The notes beneath the pieces were generated by a model, which saw only the letters and a list, made by a program, of their open reading frames with translations, did not search any database and was not told the origin of the DNA. Shown piece after piece: positions 38,311-55,859 of a stretch of DNA of 64,000 nucleotides (positions within the stretch are counted from its first letter, which is position 1; the number at the start of each line of letters is the position of its first letter). The position numbers and the translations under genes are program-made. Source of the stretch: Eledone cirrhosa (lineage: Eukaryota); assembly GCA_964016885.1 (NCBI GenBank), contig OZ024740.1, forward strand, positions 34,348,001 to 34,412,000, written 5' to 3'.

Positions 38311-40148
38311 CGACAGTAATAACGTCATTACAGATGAACAAGCAGCTGGAAAGAAAGGTGTTTGGGTGTCCGTGCAGAACAACTAATTAACAGAATCACG
38401 ATGTCAGAGGTGCGGCAACATAGGAGGAATATGGTTACAGCCTGGCGGGACTACAGGAAAGCATTCTATTCTGTTCCCACTCTTGGATGATAGAGGCCCT
38501 CCGACTTGCTAAAGTCGCAGACACTATTATCAGAGCCATAGAGAACCTTCTTGGGCTATTATCGTAAAGTTAAAACCAGAGGAGGACCCTATTTTCACTG
38601 ATAAAATAGAATATCACAGGGGTATATTTCAAGGAGATAATCTCTGTGTGCTACTATTTATTCTGTCATTAAATCCTTTGTCCTTTCTGCTCAAGAAATG
38701 TGAAGGATACATAATTGGCTCCCAAGAGGACAGAAATACAAACCTAGCTCACAACTACTTTGTGGATGACCTGAAACTCTATGCCAAGAACATGGATGAC
38801 CTGGTTACAACATTCTCAAAGGATATAGGAATGGACTTTAGCAAGGGTAAATGTTCATATATGACCGTAAAGCGGGGAAAAACTACAAGCCAACCTAGCA
38901 ACATTTTTATCAATGATCTAACTGTTTCACCGATATCTGACGAGGAGTGCTATAGATACCTGGGGATAGATGAGAATATATCATATGATGGTATCTGTAA
39001 CAAGGAACGCGTAACCAGGGAATATTACACCCGGTTAAGAAAAATATGGTCATCTGAAATCTCTGCGCACAATAAAACAGTGGCTCACAATATGTTTGCT
39101 GTGCCTCTCTAACACCAACGTTTGGAATACTCGATTGGATGATAGACGAAATCCGAACAATTGATTTTAAAACCCGAAAAGTACTAAACAACACCGGAAA
39201 ATTCCACATCAACAGTGACATAGACCGCCTTTACTTGAAATATAAGCAGGGAGGTAAAGGCCTAACATCAGTCCAGACAGCATTTTAGTGTTACATCATA
39301 TCCTTCCGACAACATCTATGAGCCACTAAGCGTAGAAGCCTATCTATTGAGTAAGTCTGTCTACATGAGACAGGTAAGTTTATGAGCGTTGGGAAGGAAC
39401 TCCTTGAAAAATATTCCCTGCATGATAATAAAAAAATTCACACACAGGGAATACCGCAGTGAATCCATGGATGAACAACTGCATGCTTATCAGCAAAAAC
39501 TCATGCATGGATATGTTGCCAGGAGGCTCAAGTGTGAGGGCAATATAGATAAGCAAAGTAGTTTATTTTGGACCAACAACCGCTATATTGGCTCCCACTT
39601 TGAAGGACACACTTTTGCAATCCAAGAACAGGAAATCAACACAAAATACCTGATTCACAAAAGAGATAGGGATGTAGGCAAAAACACCTAGATTTGACAA
39701 CAAATGCAGACTCTGCAGAATTAACATCGAAGATGTCACTCATGTTGTAAGCAGCTGTGTCATCACGGTACTATCTACCAATAAACCCCGACAATAAACA
39801 CTAAAAGTTACAGCAATGTGTAAGGCATATACCTTCAGATTTACACGTATGATTATTGGGGCACTGGGATATGCTATTAACTGCCTCAGTACAAATCTTG
39901 ACTAGTTAGGAAATTACAAGTACAATCCATTAATGGAACTGTAAAAATTTGTAAAACATTCCAAAATTTCTGCATGTAATAACTGCAGATACAAAACATG
40001 CACATGCACAAGTATAACTCAAAACATACAGATCCACACATACAATAACATCCATACCCGCACACACATACATGCAGACATGCAAATATATTTACCTAGT
40101 GGATGTCTACTACTGGTAAAAATTTATAAAATTATGAAACCAGAAGAA
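38311..40148 (+). mobile_element. 5'-truncated, internally deleted R4/Dong-like element, family 2
   Basis: GIFQGDNL, HNYFVDDLKLY, YRYLGIDE. Colinear with 35497-37016 and has the same AAACCAGAAGAA(CATA)n 3' end. Confidence 0.88.
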
Positions 40149-40184
40149 CATACATACATATATACATATATATACATAAATACA

Positions 40185-40708
40185 TGATGGCTGCAAATTT
40201 TGGTAAGAGTATTACAATCGCTTGTCGAGTTACAGAAAATGGGGCACTTTTAGGCTACGGCCAGCCACACGAACCTGTAACATATCCCGAACAAGCAATG
40301 CCTGTGCTTTGAAGGTTTTTTAAGTGGGGAAAGGCCTTGCACTCGATCAATCCCACTCTCTGAGCATCGAAAACACTACCCGAAAAGGAGAACTGGTAAA
40401 TATCATCGGATGCTTCCGAAACCAACCACAGGTTTTTTTTCTGAGTTTTCCTCTCTTAGAAAAGTGTTGTGACACCAACTGGAGACCTTTCACTCCCAGG
40501 TGAAAAAAAATACTATATGGATGGCCGTTGGCTCTGCTGAGCTCCTCCGCCTTTTGCCTGGTCTTATATTTCATCCAGCTGGGTGTCCAAATATCACCCT
40601 CCTCACCAAGCAAGTTTGCTGGGGTTGCCGGTTTAGTCGCTGGCAACCCGACCATGAGACAGGTTGTACTGGCTTACATGTTACCGGGAGCACCCGAGAG
40701 AGACATGA
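40185..40708 (-). mobile_element. Bipartite RTE-derived retroposon, family B copy 2
   Basis: Colinear with 37712-38231. Confidence 0.7.
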
Positions 40709-40729
40709 TATAAATACATACATAAATAC

Positions 40730-41812
40730 GTGTTGCCTGCATCTCGATTTCAAGAATTGCCATTCATTTACTCATACATGGTGGCATGAATATGACTCTT
40801 TAGCTCTGCCAAAGACTTACATTCCTTTCTGCATATGCTGCAGCGATGAAGATTACTTTCACTTCGGTTCCCTGTTTTGTTTTGGTAAGCCTTCAAATGA
40901 CGTAGGAGCACACCGGCCGAGACACATTGTTTTCCACACATCCGACAGGAAGATGCTAAAGTGACCGTAATCGACAACATTTTGTACATGGCTTCTATGA
41001 TGACTTCTACAACCAGCTTTATTAAGACAAATTCAGCCACACACATTGGACACAAGTCATTTTGAACATCTAAAAATGCAGGTGAAGTGATATCGTGCAG
41101 ACTGCTACGCGGGACCATCTTTAATTGTTCATGTTCCACACGGGATTTTTCAAATTCCTGTTTTTCATTAAACAATGTTTTCCTTCAAGATGATCAATCT
41201 AAGGCAATATCTTCCCAGTTATCTTTGATTTTTTGTTTTACTTTATCAAAGCCTTTTTGATGCAGTCTTTATATCTGAGTTTTGGGTTACGCCTTGGCCG
41301 TCTGTATTTGACTAACTCCCCGTACAGAAAGTGCTTAGGAATATGATGATCTGACATTCTTACAAAATGGCCGCTCCAGTGAAATCTATATTGAATTATG
41401 AGATTCAATACTTTAAAAATGACTTTGTTCCAGCACCTCAGCATCATTCATGTGTAATTGCCAATGGATACCGAGTATTCGGCGAAGACTTTGTTGAGGA
41501 AGATGTTCCAGCTTTTTTATATTTCGCTGGTATATGACCCAAGTTTCATTCACATACAACAATAAAGACAATACACATGTTTTGTACACATTTACTTTGT
41601 ATGAACAGAAAACCCACGTCGACACAAGAGAAACCCATCTACTTTGCCAATCACTTGCTTTTTTCAGTTGCACCATGGGTGTTTGTCATGTTAACTGTGC
41701 TTCCCAAATATACAGATTTATCCACAACCTTCAGTGTTTTACTCTACAGATAAATGTGAAGTCCTTGCCCAGAGCAGGTCGATACAAAACAACTGTCTTG
41801 GTCAGACTGATT
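40730..41812 (-). mobile_element. 3' fragment of an RTE-clade LINE (decayed RT thumb plus C-terminal C2H2 zinc fingers)
   Basis: VYKTCVLSLLLYVNETW..QSLRRILGIHWQ, WSGHFVRMSDHHIPKHFLYGEL..RYKDCIK, CRMCGKQC..H and CSICRKEC..KSH. 3' end GCAGGCAACACGTATTTATGTATG. Confidence 0.85.
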
Positions 41813-41815
41813 GAT

Positions 41816-42006
41816 AGGTCGCTCTCGAGAGCTACTGGTAACATGTAACTCAATACAACATGTTACATGGTTGGGTTGTCGGCGACTAAGCTGGTAACCC
41901 TACCAAGCTTGCTTAATGAGGAGAGTGACTTTTGGACACTCAGCGAACGGGATGAAAAACAAAACCTGTCGAAGAGCGGAGGAATTCAGTAGAGTTGACC
42001 ATCCAG
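41816..42006 (+). mobile_element. Isolated RTE 5'-UTR segment (family B-like 5' end)
   Basis: AGGTCGCTCTCGAGAGCTACTGGTAACATG...GGCGACTAAGCTGG matches the reverse complement of ~38040-38231. Confidence 0.7.
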
Positions 42007-42040
42007 TAGTGTGTAGATATTTATATGTTGATATGTATGT

Positions 42041-43038
42041 TTCTCTTTTTCTTAATTTCGAGTACATTTTTGACCGGCCACCTTCCTGGTAGCAAGGTTG
42101 TAAAAGAAAAGAAATTGTCATCTCTTGAATCGCATGAATGTTTTGCAAATGTTGAAGGTACTAGCTATCGCAGCCATTTGTAGTCTATGAATTAGGGAGC
42201 TGCGTTCTTTGTCTACAAATCCAAGTTTAGTTACACTTTGGTCCAAGCGGGTTGGTATATAACCTGTAGCTCCAATAATGATGGGTATGAAGCTGAAGGT
42301 GTATCTTGGATACTGAATCATCTGCAAACTCCTCGTCAATGGTCCGTAGATGTCCTCCTTCTCTTGTATTTGTTTTTTACAACGTTTACATCAAGTTGGC
42401 AGCTGATATCTACAACAGAACACGTTTTCAATGTGTGGCCCCAAACAACAATATTAGGCCTGCTGTGCTTTAATTTGGTGGCAGTTTTTATTTTCAAGTT
42501 CCACCAGTATTCCTTAGTGCCATCTATCTCAACATATTCCTCCTCCTTTGTTTTTAAGTTTGTTTTCCTAAGTGCGTTCCAGATGGTTCTAGCTATCACA
42601 TCGTGTCTCATAGGGAGGTAGTAGCGAGACGACATTCTTTCGCAGTTGGCAACAATGTGGCTTACATCTTCGATCTTTGTTTTACATAGCCTACATTTAT
42701 TGTCAACTGATGGCCCTCCTCTTTTGTGTAGCAGATATTTGATAGGGATTTCTTGTTCCTGTATTGCATAGAGATATCCTTCAAGGTGGGATGTCAACTT
42801 GTCGGAACTCCCTGCCAGGCTTTTTGAATGATTTATCTCCTCTATGGTCGGTGTTTTTCGTCTCAGGTACCCATGCACAACTTTCTTTGTAATTTGGTTC
42901 ATTTTAAAAATCTTGTTCGAACATTGAATAGGATCTTCCAATTTCCCTGGGAGAGAGATTTATATCAGGCCTTATTCCATATCTCTCCTCCAGATTAGTG
43001 GCTATCCAAATGATATTATTTCCTTCATGTTCATAAAC
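42041..43038 (-). mobile_element. 5'-truncated R4/Dong-like element, family 1
   Basis: Reverse-complement match to ~34360-35360 (CRLCKTKIEDVSHIVANC, RHD, RPNIVVW). Bounded by TATG repeats on both sides. Confidence 0.9.
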
Positions 43039-43217
43039 ATGTATGTATGTATGTATGTATGTATGTATGTATGTATGTATGTATGTATGTATGTGTGTAT
43101 GTATGTATGTATGTATGTGTGCATGTGTGTACGCGTGTATGTGTGTACGTGTGTATGTATGTATGTATGTATGTATGTATGTATGTATGTATGTATGTAT
43201 GTATGTATGTATGTATG
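43039..43217 (+). repeat. (ATGT)n microsatellite
   Basis: Direct reading. It is the reverse complement of the TACA arrays to the left. Confidence 0.97.
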
Positions 43218-43624
43218 GATGACCCCTTAGCCTTTGTCAAGGCAGAATTCTAGGAGAAGGAAAACTCTGACATAACACCTGCAACTCTGATGGTATCCAA
43301 TGATGTTGACTTGTTCTTCTTTTTGGTAAATATCATCTTGGTTAAGAGAGTGGGACACTGCTTTGTGCAGTGCCTTTGCTCACTATAAAAGCTTCACGGC
43401 ACAGGCATTGCTTTATATCTGGAGATCTCTCTGCATTTGTCGTCACATGATTCCATGGGCCCAGCACTATGTGTCAATAATTGTCACAAGTGTAGTGTTT
43501 GTACCAGAGTTTTCAAGTCGCTGGCTGGACTAAAATGTCACTCGTTCAGCGCATCGGTAGGAGTTCTCCTACATGGATATAAAGTAGTGGCCGTACTCGA
43601 AAACGAGTTGGCAGCCACCACCAT
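43218..43624 (+). mobile_element. 5'-truncated family A RTE-derived retroposon
   Basis: Reverse complement of ~37031-37435. Ends GCAGCCACCACCA(TGTA)n. Confidence 0.75.
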
Positions 43625-43641
43625 GTATGTATGTATGTATG

Positions 43642-43972
43642 TTTTCTCTTTCTCTTAATTTCGAGTACATTTTTGATTGGCCGCCCTCCTGGTAGCAAGG
43701 TTAGTATAGTCATACTTTGGTCCAAGAGGGTTGGTATATAACTTGTAGCTCCAATAATAATGGGTATGAAGCTGAAAGTGTATCGTGGATACTGGATCTG
43801 CAAACTCCTCACCAATGGTCCGTAGATGTCCCCCTTCTGTATTTTTCTTATAACGTTGACATCAAGTAGGCAGCTGAAAGCACGTTTTCAATGTGTGGTA
43901 CCAATCAACAATATCAGGCCGGCTCTTCTTTAATTTGGTGACAGTTTTTATTTTCAGGTTCCACCAGTACTT
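43642..43972 (-). mobile_element. Short deleted 3' fragment of R4/Dong-like family 1
   Basis: RSLQIQYPRYTFSFIPIIIGAT, with a 3' UTR matching 35290-35360. Confidence 0.85.
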
Positions 43973-44049
43973 CATTGTAAAATAATCATTCCAGATATTT
44001 TAGCACCTAATTTACATAGAATTTGAAGTTGCTGAAAACCGTCAAAATA

Positions 44050-44132
44050 TTTACTTCGAATATAAGTCGACTCCATTTTACCATCGATCTTTGGGCAAAT
44101 GTTCCTCCACTTATATTCGAGTATATACGGTA
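44050..44132. mobile_element. Terminal fragment of a Tc1/mariner-superfamily (Tc2/pogo-like) MITE
   Basis: Ends CTTATATTCGAGTATATACGG-TA, a CCGTATATACTCGA-type TIR plus TA. Internal inverted pair TCGAATATAAGT (44056-44067) / ACTTATATTCGA (44109-44120). The other end was not found. Confidence 0.45.
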
Positions 44133-44979
44133 TTAGTCAGGTAACTAACCTATTTATCGGTTGGTTTAGTAACCGGATGTTTATTTAATTGTCAAAGTTC
44201 TTTCGTCACACATTCTGTGATCTTCTCAATGACCCTTTTGGTTCTCTGTGCCTCCTCTTCGTTTTGATTTTGTCCCAGTTACTCCATCTTGCTTTTCTGT
44301 GATCTAAAGCAAAGAAATTAATGCATTATAAAACTTTCAACTTCACTTAACTGAATATTATTTCCATATACTTGTTAAACAGTAATGCTTCATTTACAGA
44401 AATAAAAGCTATTTCTGTGAAAATTATGAATTGATAAACATTTAAAGAACAAACGTTATTATATAAATCAGAGGTGTGAATTGAAAGTTCAAAGACACAT
44501 TTACCGTTACAGTCCAAAATTAAGAAAGAAAGCACTTTTGTTAGTTTATATAAACTGAAATATAAATGTATACCAACAGTTACTAAAGAATACTTTACAA
44601 CCGAAATACATTAGGAGTATTTAGACAATCTTAATTTCTAAAGGTTTATATAAAATACACCCTGAGATTATTTGTAAGTTAGTAGGGCAGCATCTAATGG
44701 TTTAATTGGTATTTAGAGTAATACTTAAGGTGGAAAATTAGCAGACAGAATAACCGTCAGAATTTGGTTTGGCGTTTGAATTTAATCCTCACCGAGATCA
44801 AATTTATCTTTCATCATTCCCAGATCGACAAAATATAGTACTAGTAAAAGGGTGTGGATTGGCGGAATTATTAGAGCGTCGAACGGTATGTCTTGGGGTT
44901 GGTATTTGTTTCGGTTCTGAGCTCTTGACTGATAGACTTAATCTTTCACAGTTAAACCCCTCCATGTGGGTCTTGGATG

Positions 44980-45245
44980 TTATCATCATCATTTTATGTC
45001 CTATTTCCCCTGTTTGCAAGGGTGGGACGGGTCCTATTCAGCACAGCATCTCTCCACTTTTCACGGTCCTTCGTCATCTCCGTGAGCTTCAGCAATCTGA
45101 GGTCTGCTCTCACCACCTCCACCCATGTTTTTCGTGGTCTACCTCTACCGCGTCTTCCTTCTACTGGGATTTCTTGGCACTTCTTTACCCAGCGGTCATC
45201 CTCCATGCGCATCACATGTCCATACCAGTCTTCTCTCATGCACAC
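44980..45245 (-). mobile_element. 3' fragment of a second RTE-clade LINE
   Basis: WYGHVMRMEDDRWVKK..EGRRGRGRPRKTW..DREKWR followed by a (TGA)n tail. Confidence 0.85.
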
Positions 45246-45563
45246 CACAACTTATCCCTCTTATACTCAGTTTCTTTCTCAACTCATCTATGCTTGAATT
45301 AACCCTGTTGCAAGAAATCAGACCAAGTCTTCGGTTTGAGGGTAACTTCGTTACTCTATCAGTGACGGAGGTCCTGAGACACGATTGTCATGTGTATTGT
45401 TTCCTCCTTCCCCGACTAAACGGTAAAAAAAAGAAATGGTGGGCAAATGTTTTAGATATATATTGTTTAAATACGTCCAACAGGTTAACTGAAATGATTT
45501 TACGCAGTATATATTATTATATTCTAAATCATTATGAAAATTAAAGAAACATAATGTTTTTAG

Positions 45564-45634
45564 GTTCAAGTAAACCAGGAGAAGCAAAAGAAAATGAAAC
45601 TGCGAAGAAAGGAAAACTATCGCTCAGTCAGTTG
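45564..45634 (+). CDS. Putative short coding exon of an ABCB1/P-glycoprotein-like gene: (G)SSKPGEAKENETAKKGKLSLSQL
   Basis: TTTTAG acceptor and GTAAGT donor, 71 nt, ending in phase 0. Joins in frame to FRYST.. at 61319, giving KKGKLSLSQL-FRYS, similar to ABCB1 KKPTVSVFSM-FRYS. Confidence 0.6.
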
Positions 45635-45671
45635 GTAAGTAGTCAAAACACAATTTTTCTTGACTTTAAAC

Positions 45672-46530
45672 CAGAGGTTCTCAAACTTTTGGGGCCACCG
45701 CTCCCCTCACAGCCACGTAATACCCCCAGCCCGTCCCAACCCTATTTCCAGACGCCTACACGCAAATTGTAAATAATATATAAGTAAAATTGTTAATTTA
45801 TATATAATAAATAATGTAATATATACTATGTATAAATAAATATTATATACTTTTTATTTTACTATATTTATAATATGTACCATTTGATATTTAATATGCT
45901 ATTATATCATATGTATATCATACGATAATATTATAAATAATAAATCTGTAGTGTTCCCCAATCCACTGCCAAAAAAAGGAAACCTTTCTACATACGCAAA
46001 TATATTCTTACTCAATAAAATAGTGCACAAATTTACAACGAATATTGGAGAAGTCAATTGTATACCACTAAAACAGCCCACCCAGATAGGTTTTTGAGGA
46101 AGGGGTTCAATGAGAAAGATATGTTTGGTGAAGTGAAAGTAGCCACTCAATCTCAGGCTGAATCGTACTACGAATAAATCTGAGATCTCCACGTTCCGTA
46201 ATTCAGAGCTTGCCCTGCTGCTTTGTAAGAAGGCGAGTGACCGCACTGAATCATCTCTCAACCAAATATGGTGTTGGAAAGGCAATGAAGAACACTTTGA
46301 CTTTCTTCCAAAGCTCCGGATAGCAGTAATGGATAGCTTTTTGAAGATGAAATTCTTGATAGCACTTGCGGAATTTGGGAATGTCATTTTGAGACGTTGT
46401 CAGCTCCTCTTCTAACGCTCCACTCTCTTCTCCAACTATGTCAATGAAAGGGTTGACAATCCATTCAGGGAATCGAAGAGCAAACATATCATGAAACCGC
46501 CGCTCCATATCTTCGTGTAGTTCAGTTCAG
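45672..46530 (-). mobile_element. hAT (Buster/Charlie-like) DNA transposon 3' fragment
   Basis: TIR CAGAGGTTCTCAAAC at 45672, preceded by CTTTAAAC (nnnTAnnn-type target site). Transposase C-terminus PEWIVNPF..YPELW..IAFPTPYLVER*FSAV..RGDLR. Confidence 0.8.
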
Positions 46531-46632
46531 CTATTTTGGGTGGACAATATTGGAATTAAAAATGTTTTGGATTGCTTCAAAATGCCTGTGGACTAATTTG
46601 TAAGACATTTCAAAGTGCGTCATATATACTTC

Positions 46633-52512
<5,880 letters not shown>

Positions 52513-53599
52513 AATATTTATATTGTTCAATGAAAAAGAGTCTGTTGATTTATAATCAGCTGATTTTTTATATAACAGATGTCAAGCACTCGACGGTATA
52601 TATTTATCGGGAGTATAATAATAAAACAACAATAAACAAAAGATAGTTTCTTTAGATCATCTCTATTTATCTTATTATATATATTTCGAAGATGCAAGGT
52701 TTATGTATAACATAATCCAAAACATGTTCTCGCCAGATAAAATGCATAGGAGATGCAGTTTTCTTTTGATATACTGGCGGTCAACCGAGCTGGACAGATC
52801 GGTGACAACCAAACATATGATTAGAAAAAAAGCCCCAACATAGTGGATGTTACGTGAGTGGGAGAAGGAACAGTTGGACATAGCATTTTTGGAATTTAAA
52901 ATATGACGTAATTATATTGGTAAAAAAAAAAATTATTTGCCGTTAGACAGTTTATATGTTACTTATATTAGCGTAAAATAGATATCATACTAAGATATAC
53001 ATATATATATTATACCAACGAAACATATTTTAGGATGTAAGAATCATATTGAAACTAAATAATAACGAAAAAAAATTAGGATTATAGAATTCAAAGGTAA
53101 AATATCCGTGTTTATGTATAATTTAAATTGGTATTATGTGAATGGAAAGATATTTAACAATTGGTATGGCTTTCTTTATATAATTGATAGGGTTATAATG
53201 CTAAGAGATAAATTGGGTTATAATGCTAAGAGATAAATAAAGTTCAAAAGAAGAGATGCAATTACCGTGACCTAATTTATCTTTACAACAATTATATTTA
53301 AGTAGGTATTATACGAATAGTGGAAAATATTAACTATTTGTGTAACTATTAAGAAAGCTTTATTATAAGAAAAGGTGTAAGTATTATAGCCTAGTTTATC
53401 AATATATATTAAATTTAATTTACTTATATACTAACTTAAGATAAAGTAGATGAAAATGTTATAATGGAAAAATATATTAGTTTACTTATTTTGTCTATTC
53501 GTCTTTATTTTCTATGTAAACATTAACATCGCTTAAAAATTAAATAAAGAAACCTTACTTATTTAATTTTTAAAAATTAAGTTTAACTAAAAACTCTAT

Positions 53600-55049
53600 G
53601 AAACGTTTTCGAAAATCTGTGAAGACATGAGCTAAATATTTTTGAACGTTTATTAATAATTAAATGGCTATTATAAATAATATGTAGAATTTCAGTGGTA
53701 CAGAGGTCACACCCTTTAGATACGGAAACGTTTTTATAAGGCAAAGCATTAGAAAGTTTTTGCCAAGAAAGGAATATTCGATATTATTATTTTTAATCAA
53801 TTCAGTCGTGCTAAATCTTTTGTTTTCTCTCTTGAACGAATGGCGATGGTTATACCATCTTTCTTTAAAATTTGAAGAGGTGGCATCAATATAGTTATAG
53901 GAATTATCTTTTGCATTTATAAACTAAATTACGATCGTTATTGTTTAACGGGCAAACATTACTTTTTTTAAAACTTACAATTACTTACGTTACTATTCAA
54001 TGATGCCTCTATGTGTCTAAAAGTCGTTAGGTTTTCATCGTCTATGTTGCTGGTGTACCTGTAATCATCACTAATTGAGGTGCTGTTTATTCCATTAGTG
54101 ATTCCAAGATTATCATTATGAGTTAACTCCCTATAATTAATTCTGAGATTTCTATTATTAATTTTAGCTATATTTTGGGCAATATTTTTAGTAGTCGAGT
54201 AGAAAAGTGTGATTGTATGTCGGTTAAAAATTCTACTATATTTATGGGTTTTTTAGAAAATATTTATCAAGAACATTAAAGAAAAGATAAGCTAAGTTCT
54301 CCTTGATTCTTAATGATAATGGTGGACACTACCACAAAACAGAAGGAGATCGAACTCTTTTATAGAACCTATTGGTTTTATAGGAGTTATATAGATTCAA
54401 AATCAGATTTGTCCCGACTACATATCTTAGGTTTTGGATATCAGCATTATTAGAATTGTTATAAACTGTATGTGTGTTAGTGTTAATATCTATTGTATGC
54501 TGATTTCTATACGGTGATGGAGTGGGGGTGGGTGGGTGTACTAATTTTTATCTATGTACTTAGCCTTGCTGTCGAAAATTTCTTTGTTAGCTGAGAGTCT
54601 AGAGATTCTTTGTTGAACACTATTAACTATGGCCCTTTTAACGTTTCTATGGTAGTTTGAATAGAAGCTAACATAATTAAGGTTTTCGTTTAATTTATGG
54701 AATGGATAGTAAAGGCCAGAATAAGGTTTAAGGTTATGTCTAGGAAGTTGACAATTTTATTAGTATTTTGTATTTCGAGTTTAATACCGTAATTATTAAA
54801 AAAATGGGCAATTATTTTCTTTTACTTATTAAGGGTGTTATTATTATGGTTAATTAATGCAAAAAGAGCATCATCTCGATATAAACCTCCGCCAAAGTCA
54901 GGTAATCTTCTGTAAATTAGGTTAAGGATACAAATTCCAACGAGGTCGGTAATCTGAGCCGAGTCCGTAGATTCCACGGTGATCTCAAAATTTCCGGTTT
55001 TATCAGCTCCATAAACGAACACCTTAATTATGTTAGCTTCTATACAAAC
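53600..55049 (-). mobile_element. Third Penelope-like element (AT-rich Naiad-like), heavily decayed
   Basis: STDSAQITDLVG..GGGLYRDDAL. GIY-YIG remnants CPLNN..NLVYKC..FKERWYNHRHSF..CDLCTTEIL. Its 5' end lies close to the (TA)n at ~55088. Confidence 0.75.
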
Positions 55050-55084
55050 CATTATATACATGCCTGTGTATATTTTAAATGTGA

Positions 55085-55205
<121 letters not shown>

Positions 55206-55307
55206 TCACATAATCAGTGTGTGTATATTTGTTTGAGATACACTATATATATATAGATACATAGACACACACAGACATACACATATATATAAACACACAC
55301 ATATATA

Positions 55308-55618
55308 GAGTAATTCCGTCGGTTACGACGACGAGTGTTCCAGTTGATACTATTAACGGAACAGCCTACTCGTAAATTTAACGTGCAAGTGGCTGAGCAT
55401 TCCACAGACACGTGTACCCTTTACGTAGTTATCAGGGAGATTCAGTATGTCACAGTGTATGACAAGGCTGGTCCATCGAATTACAGGTACAACTCATTTT
55501 CACTAGCTGAGTGGACTGGAGCAACGTGAAATAAAGTGTCTTGCTCAAGGACACAACACTCCGCCGAGAATCTAACTCACAACCTTACGATTGTGAACCG
55601 AATACCCTAACAACGCGC
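55308..55618 (-). mobile_element. tRNA-derived SINE
   Basis: tRNA-like head followed by GTGTCCTTGAGCAAGACACTTTATTTCACGTTGCTCCAGTCCACTCAGC, shared with 61853-62115 and 62858-62970. Confidence 0.7.
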
Positions 55619-55646
55619 TTTCACACACATATAAACACACACACAC

Positions 55647-55753
<107 letters not shown>

Positions 55754-55776
55754 GAAACATACAAACACGCACACAT

Positions 55777-55819
<43 letters not shown>

Positions 55820-55859
55820 TATAAACACACACACACTCATATACACAGCCAATTTACTG

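Noticed and set aside
44190-44305. Possible minus-strand exon after a CTTTGCTTTAG acceptor
   Set aside because: All frames stop quickly and no recognisable protein similarity was seen.
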